From: Pedobacter sp.
Lineage (GTDB): Bacteria; Desulfobacterota; Desulfuromonadia; Desulfuromonadales; Syntrophotaleaceae
Direction of reading: 5' to 3'
NCBI GenBank assembly: GCA_050253415.1
Contig: JBFWJC010000002.1
Location: forward strand, 448,625 to 512,624
Length of the DNA stretch: 64,000 bases
Part shown: positions 1 through 9,401 of the stretch, piece by piece
Layout of the letters: each line of letters begins with the position of its first letter
How positions within the stretch are numbered: position 1 is the first letter of the stretch
The notes under the pieces: generated by a model
Told to the model about the DNA's origin: nothing
The model's database searches: none
What the model saw: only the letters and a program-made list of their open reading frames with translations
Program-made: the position numbers and the translations under genes

Positions 1-153
1 TTTTGCCTGTGCCATGAATGAATCCTTCCCTGTTGAGGGGTATTGATTTAGCAGCCCGTCTTTGCAGGCTGGTGACCGTTGGGTCATGTCCTGCAGGTCG
101 GCAACAAAAGCCGCCGCAGGAGTGGGGTTGATACAACTATTGTAAGTCTTTCG

Positions 154-384
154 TCAAGTCGAAAGCGCCGGGTGGTCTTCAATGTATACAAATCGTGGCA
201 TGCGCTTTCCGTCCCGCTCGATGATTTCGCAGAAGTTCTCCAGCGGCCGGATCCACACGCCTCTCTCGCCATAGAGTGCCCGGTAGACCACAAACCACTC
301 TTCGGTTTCGCTATCACGTGCGGTTTCCAGCACTTCGTAGAGATTGCCCTTGAAATGACGGTATATACCTTTTTTGAGAGTCAT
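154..384 (-). CDS. DUF1653 family protein
   Basis: MTLKKGIYRHFKGNLYEV...HSET-like/VVYRALYG...WIRPL..F motif; start moved to ATG at 384 within ORF 154..501. Confidence 0.85.
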   Translation of the reverse strand: MTLKKGIYRHFKGNLYEVLETARDSETEEWFVVYRALYGERGVWIRPLENFCEIIERDGKRMPRFVYIEDHPALST

Positions 385-776
385 GGCCTGTCCCGGCTGT
401 CTTGGTGGCTGAATCGAGAGTTGAGAAGAGTATTCTACCAAAATCCGTGTAAGCTTCCGACTAGTTTCTCGTTCGGAAAGCAGAAAGATTTCCGGGCACA
501 ATTTCGGTTCCCGTTTGGAAGGAGGGTTTCTTCGTTGGCCATGCAGGGATAGAACAACTATTGAAGTTTGGTTTAACGGTCAGCATATTGACGGTCAACA
601 TGCCCGTATACGAGTAAGATGAGTTAATCGTAACAATAATTTCTGGCATCTAAGGTGTTGTTTGGTTATAGTAATCCGCTTAAAGTCGACAGGGTTTGCA
701 GTGTGATATAACCTGCCTGGTGAACGAAAAGAGACAGGGCCTGCCTGTCCTTTTCCAGCCTTTTGATGAGGATGGC

Positions 777-1520
777 ATGACAAAAACTTCGGACGCAGCA
801 CGCCCGGTAGCCTTGGTGACCGGTGCGGGCAAAGGGATTGGCGCCGCTATTGCCGTGGCCCTTGCAAAGGCTGGTTACGATTTGTGGCTCAATTATCGCA
901 AAGATCATGCGGCCGCCGAACACACGGCGCAAGCCGTCAGGGCCGCAGGTGCTGAGTGTCTGCTGCTGCCTTTCGACGTGTCCTGCGCGGAGTCGGTCAA
1001 AGGCGCTTTGGACCCTTTGTTGGAGACAAGGGTTCCCCTGGCGCTGGTCAACAATGCCGGGTTTGCTCGCGACGGACTTATGATGTGGATGTCCGAGGCC
1101 GACTGGTCTGACGTTTTGTCGGTGCATCTCGGTGGTTTTTTTCATGTCACCAAGTGCGTCATGCCGCTTATGCTGCACCAACGACGCGGGTATATTGTGA
1201 ATGTCGTTTCAACCTCCGGTCAGACCGGCGTTCCGGGGCAGACCAACTATTCCGCCGCCAAGGCCGGGTTGATCGGGGCCACCCGCTCCCTGGCCAAGGA
1301 AGTTGCGCGGCGCAATATTCTGGTTAACGCAGTCGCGCCCGGCTTTATCGATACGGAAATGACCCAGGATCTCCCCATCAAAGACCTTAAAAGTCTTATC
1401 CCTCTGGGGCGCATGGGGACGGCAGAGGAAGTGGCTTCCATGGTCAAGTTCCTGTGTTCGAGGGAAGCCAGTTATATCACCGGGCAGGTTTTTTCCGTCA
1501 ACGGTGGCGTTTACATGTAA
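777..1520 (+). CDS. fabG: 3-oxoacyl-ACP reductase (SDR)
   Basis: TGAGKGIG, NNAG, YSAAK and final VNGG motifs; ATG at 777 after GAGGA. Confidence 0.9.
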   Translation: MTKTSDAARPVALVTGAGKGIGAAIAVALAKAGYDLWLNYRKDHAAAEHTAQAVRAAGAECLLLPFDVSCAESVKGALDPLLETRVPLALVNNAGFARDGLMMWMSEADWSDVLSVHLGGFFHVTKCVMPLMLHQRRGYIVNVVSTSGQTGVPGQTNYSAAKAGLIGATRSLAKEVARRNILVNAVAPGFIDTEMTQDLPIKDLKSLIPLGRMGTAEEVASMVKFLCSREASYITGQVFSVNGGVYM

Positions 1521-1620
1521 TTTGCATGTAACAAAAAGTTTATCGGAATGGTTGGACGCATTTTTTTGTTTTTGATGTGGAGGATTGGCCCCAGGCAGGT
1601 TTATCCGCCAGGGGTGATTA

Positions 1621-2844
1621 ATGGGGGCTATGCAAAGAGTTGTCATAACCGGTATCGGGATTATTTCATGTCTGGGAAATGCTCCCGATACGGTAGCCAG
1701 GGCTCTGTATGAGGGACGCTCCGGCGTCGTCCGGGATGAGCAGCGATTGGCGCTTGGTTTTGCCAGTGGTTTGACCGGCAAGGTGGTTTTCGATGCCACG
1801 ACCAGGTTCAGTCGTAAACAGCGCAAGACCATGCCGGATTTTGCCATGCAGGCGTGCGCGGCGGCCATGGATGCCCTGCAGCATGCCGGCCTGGATCCTT
1901 CCGAGGTGAAAAACGATCGAAACGGCCTGGTGTTCGGTTGCGATTCCAGCGCATTGTCGGCCGTCGAACAGGTCGATTTGCTGCGCGACAGGGGCGAGAC
2001 CTGCCTGATAGGCAGCGGGCATATCTTTCGTGGCTTGACTTCAACCATCACCATGAATCTCAACACCCTTCTGCAGACCAGAGGCATCAGTCTGACCATA
2101 AGCTCCGCCTGTTCCAGTGGTGGTCATGCGGTCGGCCTGGCCAGCGACCTGATCGCCCTGGGGCGTCAGGAGCGTATCATCTGCGGTGGCGCGCAGGAAA
2201 TCAACTGGCAGTCGATCTGCAGCTTCGATGCGCTGGGAGCTTTTTCGTCAGCCAGTGATCCGCATAAAGCCAGTCGCCCTTTCGACGCGGCTCGCGATGG
2301 ACTGGTGCCCAGCGGAGGCGCGGCAGCGCTTGTGCTGGAGTCTTACGACGTTGCCAGGCAAAGAGGCGCAACCATTCTGGGCGAGATCCTGGGCTACGGA
2401 TTTTCATCCGATGGAGAGAATATCTCGGTGCCCAGCGCAGAGGGATTGTCCCGCGCCATGACCATGGCGCTCGGCAATGCCGGATTGCAACCGCGCGACA
2501 TCGATTATCTCAATGCCCATGCCACCTCCACCCCGTTGGGGGATGCGGCCGAAGCGGCCAATATCCTGCGGGTGTTCGGCGACCAGACGCCCCCCATCGG
2601 CGCTCTTAAGTCGATGACCGGCCACGAATTCTGGATGTCCGGTGCCTCTCAGGTGGTCTACGCAACGCTGATGGCCGCCCATGGTTTCATGGCGCCGACC
2701 ATAAATTTTGACCGTCCCGACAGTCAGACCGAAAAGTTGAATATCCTCGATGTGGTACGCGAACAACCACCGAAGCGCGTGTTGTGCAATTCGGCAGGTT
2801 TTGGCGGTAGCAATGCGTCATTGGTGCTGGGATTCGGGGCATGA
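1621..2844 (+). CDS. beta-ketoacyl-ACP synthase (FabB/F family)
   Basis: RVVITGIG, SACSSG catalytic Cys, HATST, GHEFW, NSAGFGG. Confidence 0.9.
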   Translation: MGAMQRVVITGIGIISCLGNAPDTVARALYEGRSGVVRDEQRLALGFASGLTGKVVFDATTRFSRKQRKTMPDFAMQACAAAMDALQHAGLDPSEVKNDRNGLVFGCDSSALSAVEQVDLLRDRGETCLIGSGHIFRGLTSTITMNLNTLLQTRGISLTISSACSSGGHAVGLASDLIALGRQERIICGGAQEINWQSICSFDALGAFSSASDPHKASRPFDAARDGLVPSGGAAALVLESYDVARQRGATILGEILGYGFSSDGENISVPSAEGLSRAMTMALGNAGLQPRDIDYLNAHATSTPLGDAAEAANILRVFGDQTPPIGALKSMTGHEFWMSGASQVVYATLMAAHGFMAPTINFDRPDSQTEKLNILDVVREQPPKRVLCNSAGFGGSNASLVLGFGA

Positions 2845-4313
2845 AATACGAGGTTGTGGTAGCCGGCGGGGGATGTGCCGGCATGAGTGCCGCCCTGACC
2901 CTGGCGCGCTTCGGCCGCAAAGTTCTGCTGGTTGAGGCGGACCGGCGGTTGGGCCCGGTGTTGCGTGGTTTTCAGCGCCAGGGCGTGCATTTTGACACCG
3001 GATTTCACTATGTCGGTGGGCTCGGAGCCGGGCAGATCCTGGACACCTTTTTCCGCTTTATGGGGCTGTCACGTCACCTGAGCCCCGTTGCATTCAGGGC
3101 CGAAGGGTTTGATGTCTGCCGCTTCGAAACCATGGGGCGGGATGTGGCCATGCCCTACGGACCCGCACTGTTCGAGGGCAGGCTTGGACAGGAGTTTCCG
3201 GGGCAGGAAGCCAACGTGGGGCGCTATCTGGAAGAGGTTCAGAAGATTTTCTCCAGCTCGGCGTTTCTTAATTTACAGCAGTCCGTGACGCCTGAAGATA
3301 TGCTGTCCTTTACCGATGGTCCGACGTTGGCCGGTCGTCTGTCGGAGCTTACCTGTGACAGGCTTCTGCAAACGCTTCTGGCGCTGCCCTGCCTGCTGTA
3401 CGGCGTTGCTCCGGCTGAGTCGTCATTTGCCAATCACGCGCTGGTTGCCGGGTCTTACTTTTCATCTGTCCACGGCCTTAAAGGCGGTGGCGGTTCGCTG
3501 GTGGCGGCATTTGAAAGAGAGCTTGCCGATGCCGGTGTGGATGTCCTGTGCGGCAGTCCGGTGATTTCGATCATCACCCATGATCGCTCCGTCTCGGGGG
3601 TGGTCCTGGAGGATGGCCGGCAATATGCTGCGGATCACTGCTTGTTCACGGGACATCCTTCGCACTTGCAGAATTTGCTGGCACCGGGATCGCTGCGGCC
3701 CAGTTTTTACAAACGCCTGAGTCAGTATCCTGAAACGCCTTCCGCCTTTATGCTGTTCGGGGTTATGCCGGAGGCTGTCCCGTTGCTGGATCGGCGCAAT
3801 GTGTTTCTCACCCAGGCAACGAGTCCGGCGGAATTGCTCCAGGAACACAACGAGACCATCTATCTGGCGGGTGGCGAGCGTTTGCCGGACGGTCGGCAGG
3901 CGATCACCGCGCTTGGCATGGCACCGTTTTCCGATTATAAGCCGTGGAGTCAATCGCGGACCGGTCATCGACCGAAGGCCTATGGCGAATACAAACAGCA
4001 GAGGGTCGAGGCCATGCTGGAGCGCATTTGCGCCGCCTGTCCGGAACTGGCGGGTCGTTTGCAGATCGTCGAAGCCGCCACCCCTCTGACCATGCGCGAT
4101 TGGGCCGCCAGTCCGCAGGGCAGTTTATACGGGCTGCGCCATACGCTGGAACATTTCCCGGTGCTGCCGATGACCAAGGTCGACGGGCTGCTGTTGGCCG
4201 GACAGTCGGTATTGTTGCCGGGGGTTCTGGGGGCGGTGGTGTCGGCGATGGTGGCATGCAGCCTGATGGTAGGGCTGGAACCTCTGCGGAAGGAGTTGCG
4301 TCAGTGCAGTTGA
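2841..4313 (+). CDS. phytoene desaturase family FAD/NAD(P) oxidoreductase
   Basis: N-terminal GGGCAG dinucleotide fold, FDTGFHY, TPLT..D....GSLYG, LLLAGQS; ATGA overlap with upstream gene. Confidence 0.85.
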   Translation: MKYEVVVAGGGCAGMSAALTLARFGRKVLLVEADRRLGPVLRGFQRQGVHFDTGFHYVGGLGAGQILDTFFRFMGLSRHLSPVAFRAEGFDVCRFETMGRDVAMPYGPALFEGRLGQEFPGQEANVGRYLEEVQKIFSSSAFLNLQQSVTPEDMLSFTDGPTLAGRLSELTCDRLLQTLLALPCLLYGVAPAESSFANHALVAGSYFSSVHGLKGGGGSLVAAFERELADAGVDVLCGSPVISIITHDRSVSGVVLEDGRQYAADHCLFTGHPSHLQNLLAPGSLRPSFYKRLSQYPETPSAFMLFGVMPEAVPLLDRRNVFLTQATSPAELLQEHNETIYLAGGERLPDGRQAITALGMAPFSDYKPWSQSRTGHRPKAYGEYKQQRVEAMLERICAACPELAGRLQIVEAATPLTMRDWAASPQGSLYGLRHTLEHFPVLPMTKVDGLLLAGQSVLLPGVLGAVVSAMVACSLMVGLEPLRKELRQCS

Positions 4314-5533
4314 AACGCGTTGTGATTACCGGCATGGGCGCCGTCTCTCCCTATGGTGCCGGTACCGAACTCCTCTGGCAGGGATTGAGCTCGGGGCGCT
4401 CTGCGGTCGGACCGCTGGAGGGCGCCGAGAATATCGTGGGTTTGACCACCAGGGTGGCCGGCGTCGTTCCGCCGCTGGATATGCGCCAGATCCCGCGTAA
4501 GGATCGGCGTTCCATGTCGCGCATGTCCCAGTTCGCCTGGCTGGCCGCGCATGAAGCCTTTGCCCAGGCCAATATCGACAGTGCGTTGCTAACCGGAGGA
4601 CGACTCGGTATCTCGGTTGGCTCTACCGTCGGCAGTGTGGATGCGATCGAAGAGTTTTTTGAGGAATATCTGCGGGAGCGAAGCCTGGAGCAGGTGCGTT
4701 CCACGACTTTTTTCAAAGTCATGGGGCATACGGTCGCTTCCAACCTGGCGCAGGCGCTCGGCATCACCGGCCGGGTACTGGCGCCTGCCGCGGCTTGTTC
4801 CACCGGCACCCAGGCTGTGGGCCTGGGCTGGGAAAACGTGGCCTGGGGGCGGCAGGATGTCATGCTTTGCGGCGGCGCGGACGAATTCAGCGCCCTGACC
4901 GCAGCCACCTTCGACATCATGAATGCGGCCTCCAACGGTGCCAACCATCGACCCGAGGCGGCCAGTCGCCCCTTCGATACGGAGCGGGACGGAATCGTCT
5001 GTGCCGAGGGCGCGGGATTGATCGTGCTGGAGTCGCTGGATCATGCCCTGCGGCGCGGTGCGCCGATCCTTGCGGAAGTTATCGGCTTCGCCAGCAACGT
5101 GTCGCCCGCCAACATCGTCAATCCGGATGCCGACAGCATTCAGGCCTGCATGCGTCTGGCCCTGGACGATGCCGGATTTGATGCCGGGGATATCGATTAC
5201 GTCAATGCCCACGCAACCGGCACGGTGCTGGGCGATATTGCTGAAGCCCGGGCTATTGAAGCGCTGTTTGGAAGCCGGCCGCCGGTCAGCAGCTTAAAGG
5301 GACACATGGGGCATACCATGGCGGCCAGTGGCGCCCTGGAGCTTATCGCCTCCATGTGTATGATGCGTGAAGGAACGGTGCTGCCGACGTTGAATCTGCA
5401 CACGCCCGACCCGGCGTGCGGAGACCTTAACCTGCCCGGCATTGCGCAATCGCAAAAGATTACAACTGTTATCAAAAACAGCTTCGCCCTGGGCGGAGTG
5501 AATTCCGTACTTGTCATAAGGAGCTACGTATGA
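4304..5533 (+). CDS. beta-ketoacyl-ACP synthase II (FabF family)
   Basis: RVVITGMG, AACSTG, HATGT, GHTMAASG, NSFALGG; GTG start 8 nt after AGGAG. Confidence 0.9.
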   Translation: MQLKRVVITGMGAVSPYGAGTELLWQGLSSGRSAVGPLEGAENIVGLTTRVAGVVPPLDMRQIPRKDRRSMSRMSQFAWLAAHEAFAQANIDSALLTGGRLGISVGSTVGSVDAIEEFFEEYLRERSLEQVRSTTFFKVMGHTVASNLAQALGITGRVLAPAAACSTGTQAVGLGWENVAWGRQDVMLCGGADEFSALTAATFDIMNAASNGANHRPEAASRPFDTERDGIVCAEGAGLIVLESLDHALRRGAPILAEVIGFASNVSPANIVNPDADSIQACMRLALDDAGFDAGDIDYVNAHATGTVLGDIAEARAIEALFGSRPPVSSLKGHMGHTMAASGALELIASMCMMREGTVLPTLNLHTPDPACGDLNLPGIAQSQKITTVIKNSFALGGVNSVLVIRSYV

Positions 5534-5790
5534 CCGATCAGGAAATTATTGCAGCAGCCAATGCTGCCTTGGCCGAAGAGTTTGAGCTGGAACTGTCCGA
5601 GATGGTACCAGAGGCCCGTTTTGACGATGATCTCAATCTCGATAGCCTGGATGCGGTCGATATGGTCATTGTGCTGGAGCAGACCTTCGGTATCAAATTG
5701 CGCGACAGCGAGGCCATCAGGGAGATTCGCACGCTTGATGATCTGTACCGGTTTCTGATTGCCAAAAAAGCCGAACTGGCCGGAGCCTGA
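5530..5790 (+). CDS. acyl carrier protein
   Basis: acidic 86 aa protein with LDSLD phosphopantetheine motif. Confidence 0.92.
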   Translation: MTDQEIIAAANAALAEEFELELSEMVPEARFDDDLNLDSLDAVDMVIVLEQTFGIKLRDSEAIREIRTLDDLYRFLIAKKAELAGA

Positions 5791-5830
5791 TAGCGCTTGC
5801 AGGTTTCCGCTTCTTGCCCGGACCGATAAT

Positions 5831-6562
5831 ATGAAGCTTTTACTGGTAAATCTGTACGGCTACTTCGTGATGCTGGTATGGACGCTTGTGTTCACCCTGC
5901 TTGCCTGGCCCTTTGTGCTGCTCTGGAAGCTTTGCAGCGGCTGGTCCATGAGCCGCGTTACGCGCCTGTTTATATGGCTCTACGGACGGGGCTGGATCGT
6001 TCTGGTGCGACCGTTTGCCCGGTTGCGGGTAGCCGGCCTGCATCGCCAGGATGTGCCGGTACCCTGTATCTTCGTGGCGAATCACCTGTCCTTTTTTGAT
6101 GTCTATTGCATGGGGGCGCTACCGGTTTCCAATTTTTCCATTGTCGTGCGCAGCTGGCCGTTCAAGATTTTCTTTTATGCGCCTTTCATGCACCTGGCGG
6201 AATATATCAACAGCGAGCAGGCGGATCCTGAAAATCTGGCCCGGCAGTGCAGCCTTATCCTTGAACAGGGCGGCAGTATTTTGTGCTTCCCGGAGGGGCA
6301 TCGCAGTCGCAACGGGCAGCTGGGGCGGTTTTATTCCGGCGCCTTCAAGATAGCGGTGGATAATAACGTCCCCGTGGTGCCGTTGGCCATACGCGGTACG
6401 GATAAGCTGCTGCCGGCCGGATCCTGGTTGCTGAAACCGGCCGCGATGGAGATGCATGGCCTCGGCGCTATTCATCCCGCTGAATTTTCATCGCATCCCC
6501 TGCCGCACGTGGCTATGCGCAAACATGTCAAAGCGCTTATGGTTGCGGCATTGGAGTCGTAA
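5831..6562 (+). CDS. lysophospholipid (PlsC-like) acyltransferase
   Basis: NHLSFFD (HX4D) and FPEG motifs, N-terminal hydrophobic segment. Confidence 0.88.
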   Translation: MKLLLVNLYGYFVMLVWTLVFTLLAWPFVLLWKLCSGWSMSRVTRLFIWLYGRGWIVLVRPFARLRVAGLHRQDVPVPCIFVANHLSFFDVYCMGALPVSNFSIVVRSWPFKIFFYAPFMHLAEYINSEQADPENLARQCSLILEQGGSILCFPEGHRSRNGQLGRFYSGAFKIAVDNNVPVVPLAIRGTDKLLPAGSWLLKPAAMEMHGLGAIHPAEFSSHPLPHVAMRKHVKALMVAALES

Positions 6563-6666
6563 GGGAAAATCGCATGTTGGGTTTGTGTGAAGAGATTCCG
6601 TACGTTTATGACGGTAGGTTTTGACAGGCAAAATGCCGTTTATTTAATCCAAGGGAGGAATTTGAA

Positions 6667-7107
6667 ATGAAAAAAGGGATTTTGTTGCTGGTTGTTATGT
6701 GTTTTTTGAGTGCTGGCATGATCGGCTGTACCAGCAAGTATCTGGTCAACTTCACCGATCAGTATTATTCCATGTCCGGCAAGACCGGCCCTTCGCTGGC
6801 CACCATTGACAAAGCCATCAAGGAGGCCGGTGCCCGTCGGCATTGGATGATGGAAACAGCTGAACCCGGCCATATTATCGGGCTTTTGCGGGTCCGGCAG
6901 CACGTGGCGTCGGTCGATATTCGTTTCGATCGTCAGAAGTTTTCCATTACTTATCGCAGTAGTGAAAACCTCAACTACAATGCCTCCAGGAACACCATCC
7001 ATGGGCGTTACAATACCTGGGTGACGTACTTGCGCAACGATATCCAGAGCAATGTTCCGCTCTATTTCAACGCCTCCGCTAACCAGCCGGGATCCGTTGG
7101 TCGATAG
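6667..7107 (+). CDS. lipoprotein of unknown function
   Basis: GGAGGA RBS; signal peptide ending in lipobox-like MIGC. Confidence 0.75.
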   Translation: MKKGILLLVVMCFLSAGMIGCTSKYLVNFTDQYYSMSGKTGPSLATIDKAIKEAGARRHWMMETAEPGHIIGLLRVRQHVASVDIRFDRQKFSITYRSSENLNYNASRNTIHGRYNTWVTYLRNDIQSNVPLYFNASANQPGSVGR

Positions 7108-7109
7108 GG

Positions 7110-8144
7110 ATGACAGAGCGTTATTGGGGGGCGAATTTCGCCCCCGCCGACATTGCCAGGGCCCGCAGTCAGGGGCAGCTGCTATCGCTTGAGCTGGAGT
7201 TGAGCCGTGAGTGCGATTTGCGCTGTCTTTACTGCTACGCCGATTCCGGTACAGCGCTGGCAGACGAACTCGCCCTGTCCGAAATCTACGCCGTGCTGGA
7301 ACAGGCCATGGCGCTCGGTATCCGGCGGGTGGTTGTGCTGGGCGGCGGTGAACCGCTGATGTACCCCCATGTCGTCGAGATCATGCAGTATCTGGCACAG
7401 CATGGTATCGGCATCGACCTGTTTACCAACGGTACCCAGATCACTGCCGGACTGGCGCAGGAGTTTGTCCGGCTCGGTGTGGCTCCGGTGGTCAAGATGA
7501 ACAGCATGCGGCCGCAGGTACAGGATTTCCTGGCCGGGCGTCCGGGTGCCTATACCGATATCCGCCGTGGCCTTGAGGTGTTGATGCAGGCCGGTTATCC
7601 GGCAGCCGGGTTGCCGCTGGGGGCACAGACCGTCGTCTGTCGGCAGAATATCGACGAACTGCCGAGCATGTGGCGCTGGCTGCGTGATCGCCATATCATT
7701 CCGTATGTCGAGTTGATGACCTGGCAGGGGCGCGCGCGCCGCTATCCGGAGCTGGAAGTATCGGTTGAAGAGATGCAGGCGTTGTTCGAGACTCTGTCCT
7801 CCATCGACAGTCAGCAGTACGGTATCCATTGGGAGCCGCATCCGCCGGTTGCGGGCCTCAGCTGTAATCGTCATGCTTATTCCTGTACCGTAACGGTGAC
7901 GGGAGATATTCTGCCCTGTCCCGGCATCAATCTGCCGGTCGGCAATATCCGCCGGCAGTCGCTGGCCGAGATCCTGGCCACCAGCCGGGATATGCAGCTG
8001 CTGCGCCACGCCGGTGAGCATATCAAAGGCGCCTGCCGCGACTGTGAGCTGGCTTCCGATTGCTACGGTTGCCGCGGCATGGCCTTTCAGGCGACCGGCG
8101 ACTATCTGGCGCAAGATCCGTTGTGCTGGCGCTGTTCGAACTAG
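7110..8144 (+). CDS. radical SAM protein with SPASM domain
   Basis: CDLRCLYC, GGGEP, and C-terminal GDILPC...CRDC..DCYGC...DPLC cysteine pattern. Confidence 0.9.
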   Translation: MTERYWGANFAPADIARARSQGQLLSLELELSRECDLRCLYCYADSGTALADELALSEIYAVLEQAMALGIRRVVVLGGGEPLMYPHVVEIMQYLAQHGIGIDLFTNGTQITAGLAQEFVRLGVAPVVKMNSMRPQVQDFLAGRPGAYTDIRRGLEVLMQAGYPAAGLPLGAQTVVCRQNIDELPSMWRWLRDRHIIPYVELMTWQGRARRYPELEVSVEEMQALFETLSSIDSQQYGIHWEPHPPVAGLSCNRHAYSCTVTVTGDILPCPGINLPVGNIRRQSLAEILATSRDMQLLRHAGEHIKGACRDCELASDCYGCRGMAFQATGDYLAQDPLCWRCSN

Positions 8145-8321
8145 TTTTCATCCGGAAACGGCCCTTTTCCGCTGTGGCGGCGTTAATCCGCGGCCTTGCT
8201 TGTGCGGCGTACCGATGTACGCCTCCGCGCAAGACCTTGATTTCCTTGTCACAACGAAAAATTACTCGTTTCCCATATGAAAACCATGCTGTGTCCATCC
8301 AGAGTTTCCGGATGGACACTA
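8142..8321. repeat. ~180-bp MITE/REP-like element, copy 1
   Basis: terminal inverted repeat TAGTTTTCATCCGGAAAC / GTTTCCGGATGGACACTA (16/18); closely similar copy starting at 46334. Confidence 0.85.
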
Positions 8322-8337
8322 ACCTGGAGCAGATTTG

Positions 8338-8784
8338 ATGATTGAATCGCTTGCTTTGCCTGCCGATACGGCTGGATTGGTCCCCCATGAGGGGCGTATG
8401 CGCATGGTCGACCAATTGCTGTCCCTGGGGGAAGAAAGCGCGGTTGTCAGCGCCTGTCTGCCTGCCGACGGCCTGCTGGTGGCATCCTCGGATGGCGGAC
8501 TTGAAAGCGTGATTTACGCCGAACTGGTGGCGCAGGCCTACGCCGCTTATCGGGGCTATGAATTGAAAGCCCTCGGTTTGGCGCCGCGCGCCGGCTACCT
8601 GGTCGCGATCCGGCAGCTCGACGTACTCGGGCGGGCCAGGGCCGGGGATCTTCTCACCATTTCGGTACGCACCGTCGGGGTTCTGGAAGGGTTCGCGGTC
8701 ATTGCCGGTGACGTCCGCCACGGCGAAGAGATCCTCGCCACGGCCAAGCTAAAGGTTTATATCCCCGAAGGAGACCTGGCATGA
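8338..8784 (+). CDS. hotdog-fold dehydratase (ApeP-like)
   Basis: LVPH..RM.MVD..L and ELVAQA motifs; cluster context. Confidence 0.8.
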   Translation: MIESLALPADTAGLVPHEGRMRMVDQLLSLGEESAVVSACLPADGLLVASSDGGLESVIYAELVAQAYAAYRGYELKALGLAPRAGYLVAIRQLDVLGRARAGDLLTISVRTVGVLEGFAVIAGDVRHGEEILATAKLKVYIPEGDLA

Positions 8785-9401
8785 AGATGCGGGCGAGTTT
8801 CTTGGCTTTGTTGCTCATTCTGTCGGCAACCCTCGCCGGAGCTACCGAGCTGGATACGGTGCTGCAGCGCTTGAAGACCACCGCCGGTGCCGTGCAGACC
8901 ATCCAGAGTTCTTTCGTGCAGGAAAAACACCTGACCATGTTTTCCGAGGTGCTTGAATCACGCGGCACTTTTTCCTTTCAGCGCCCCGGAAAGTTGCGCT
9001 GGGAATATGAAGCCCCGGTAAAGATGGGGTTTGTCATCGATGGCGACAAGGGGCGTCGTTGGAACAGTCTGGTCAAGCAGGATCAGCACTTTCAACTGGA
9101 AGACAACATTGAATTGCGTATCGCCGCCGAACAGTTGCTGGTCTGGACGGAGCTGGATCTGGATAAATTGCAGCGTGCCTACGCTATCGAGATTGCCGCC
9201 GAGCAGCCGGTGGCGTTGTTGCTGACCCCCCGGGGGATGGCCGCCCGGCAGTTTGTCGACCACCTGCGCGTGACCTTTTCCCCCACGGCGCAGACCGTCA
9301 CCGAAGTTGCGATCTTCGAGGCCGGGGGCGATAAAACCCTTTTGCGGTTTTCCGACAGCAAGGTTGATCGTGCGTTGGACGGCGCACTGTTTCGGCCATG
9401 A
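8781..9401 (+). CDS. LolA-like outer membrane lipoprotein carrier family protein
   Basis: signal peptide, F.QEKHL....S.G.F.F.RPGKLRWEY..P motif. Confidence 0.85.
   Translation: MKMRASFLALLLILSATLAGATELDTVLQRLKTTAGAVQTIQSSFVQEKHLTMFSEVLESRGTFSFQRPGKLRWEYEAPVKMGFVIDGDKGRRWNSLVKQDQHFQLEDNIELRIAAEQLLVWTELDLDKLQRAYAIEIAAEQPVALLLTPRGMAARQFVDHLRVTFSPTAQTVTEVAIFEAGGDKTLLRFSDSKVDRALDGALFRP

Noticed and set aside
1..15. Start of a minus-strand gene (ATG GCA CAG GCA AAA after GGAAGGA)
   Set aside because: Only five codons are in the window; product cannot be assigned.
3944..4303. N-terminal extensions of ORF-track calls (3944, 11344, 17306, 53492 and similar)
   Set aside because: They overlap upstream genes; family motifs and RBS or ATGA coupling point to later starts.
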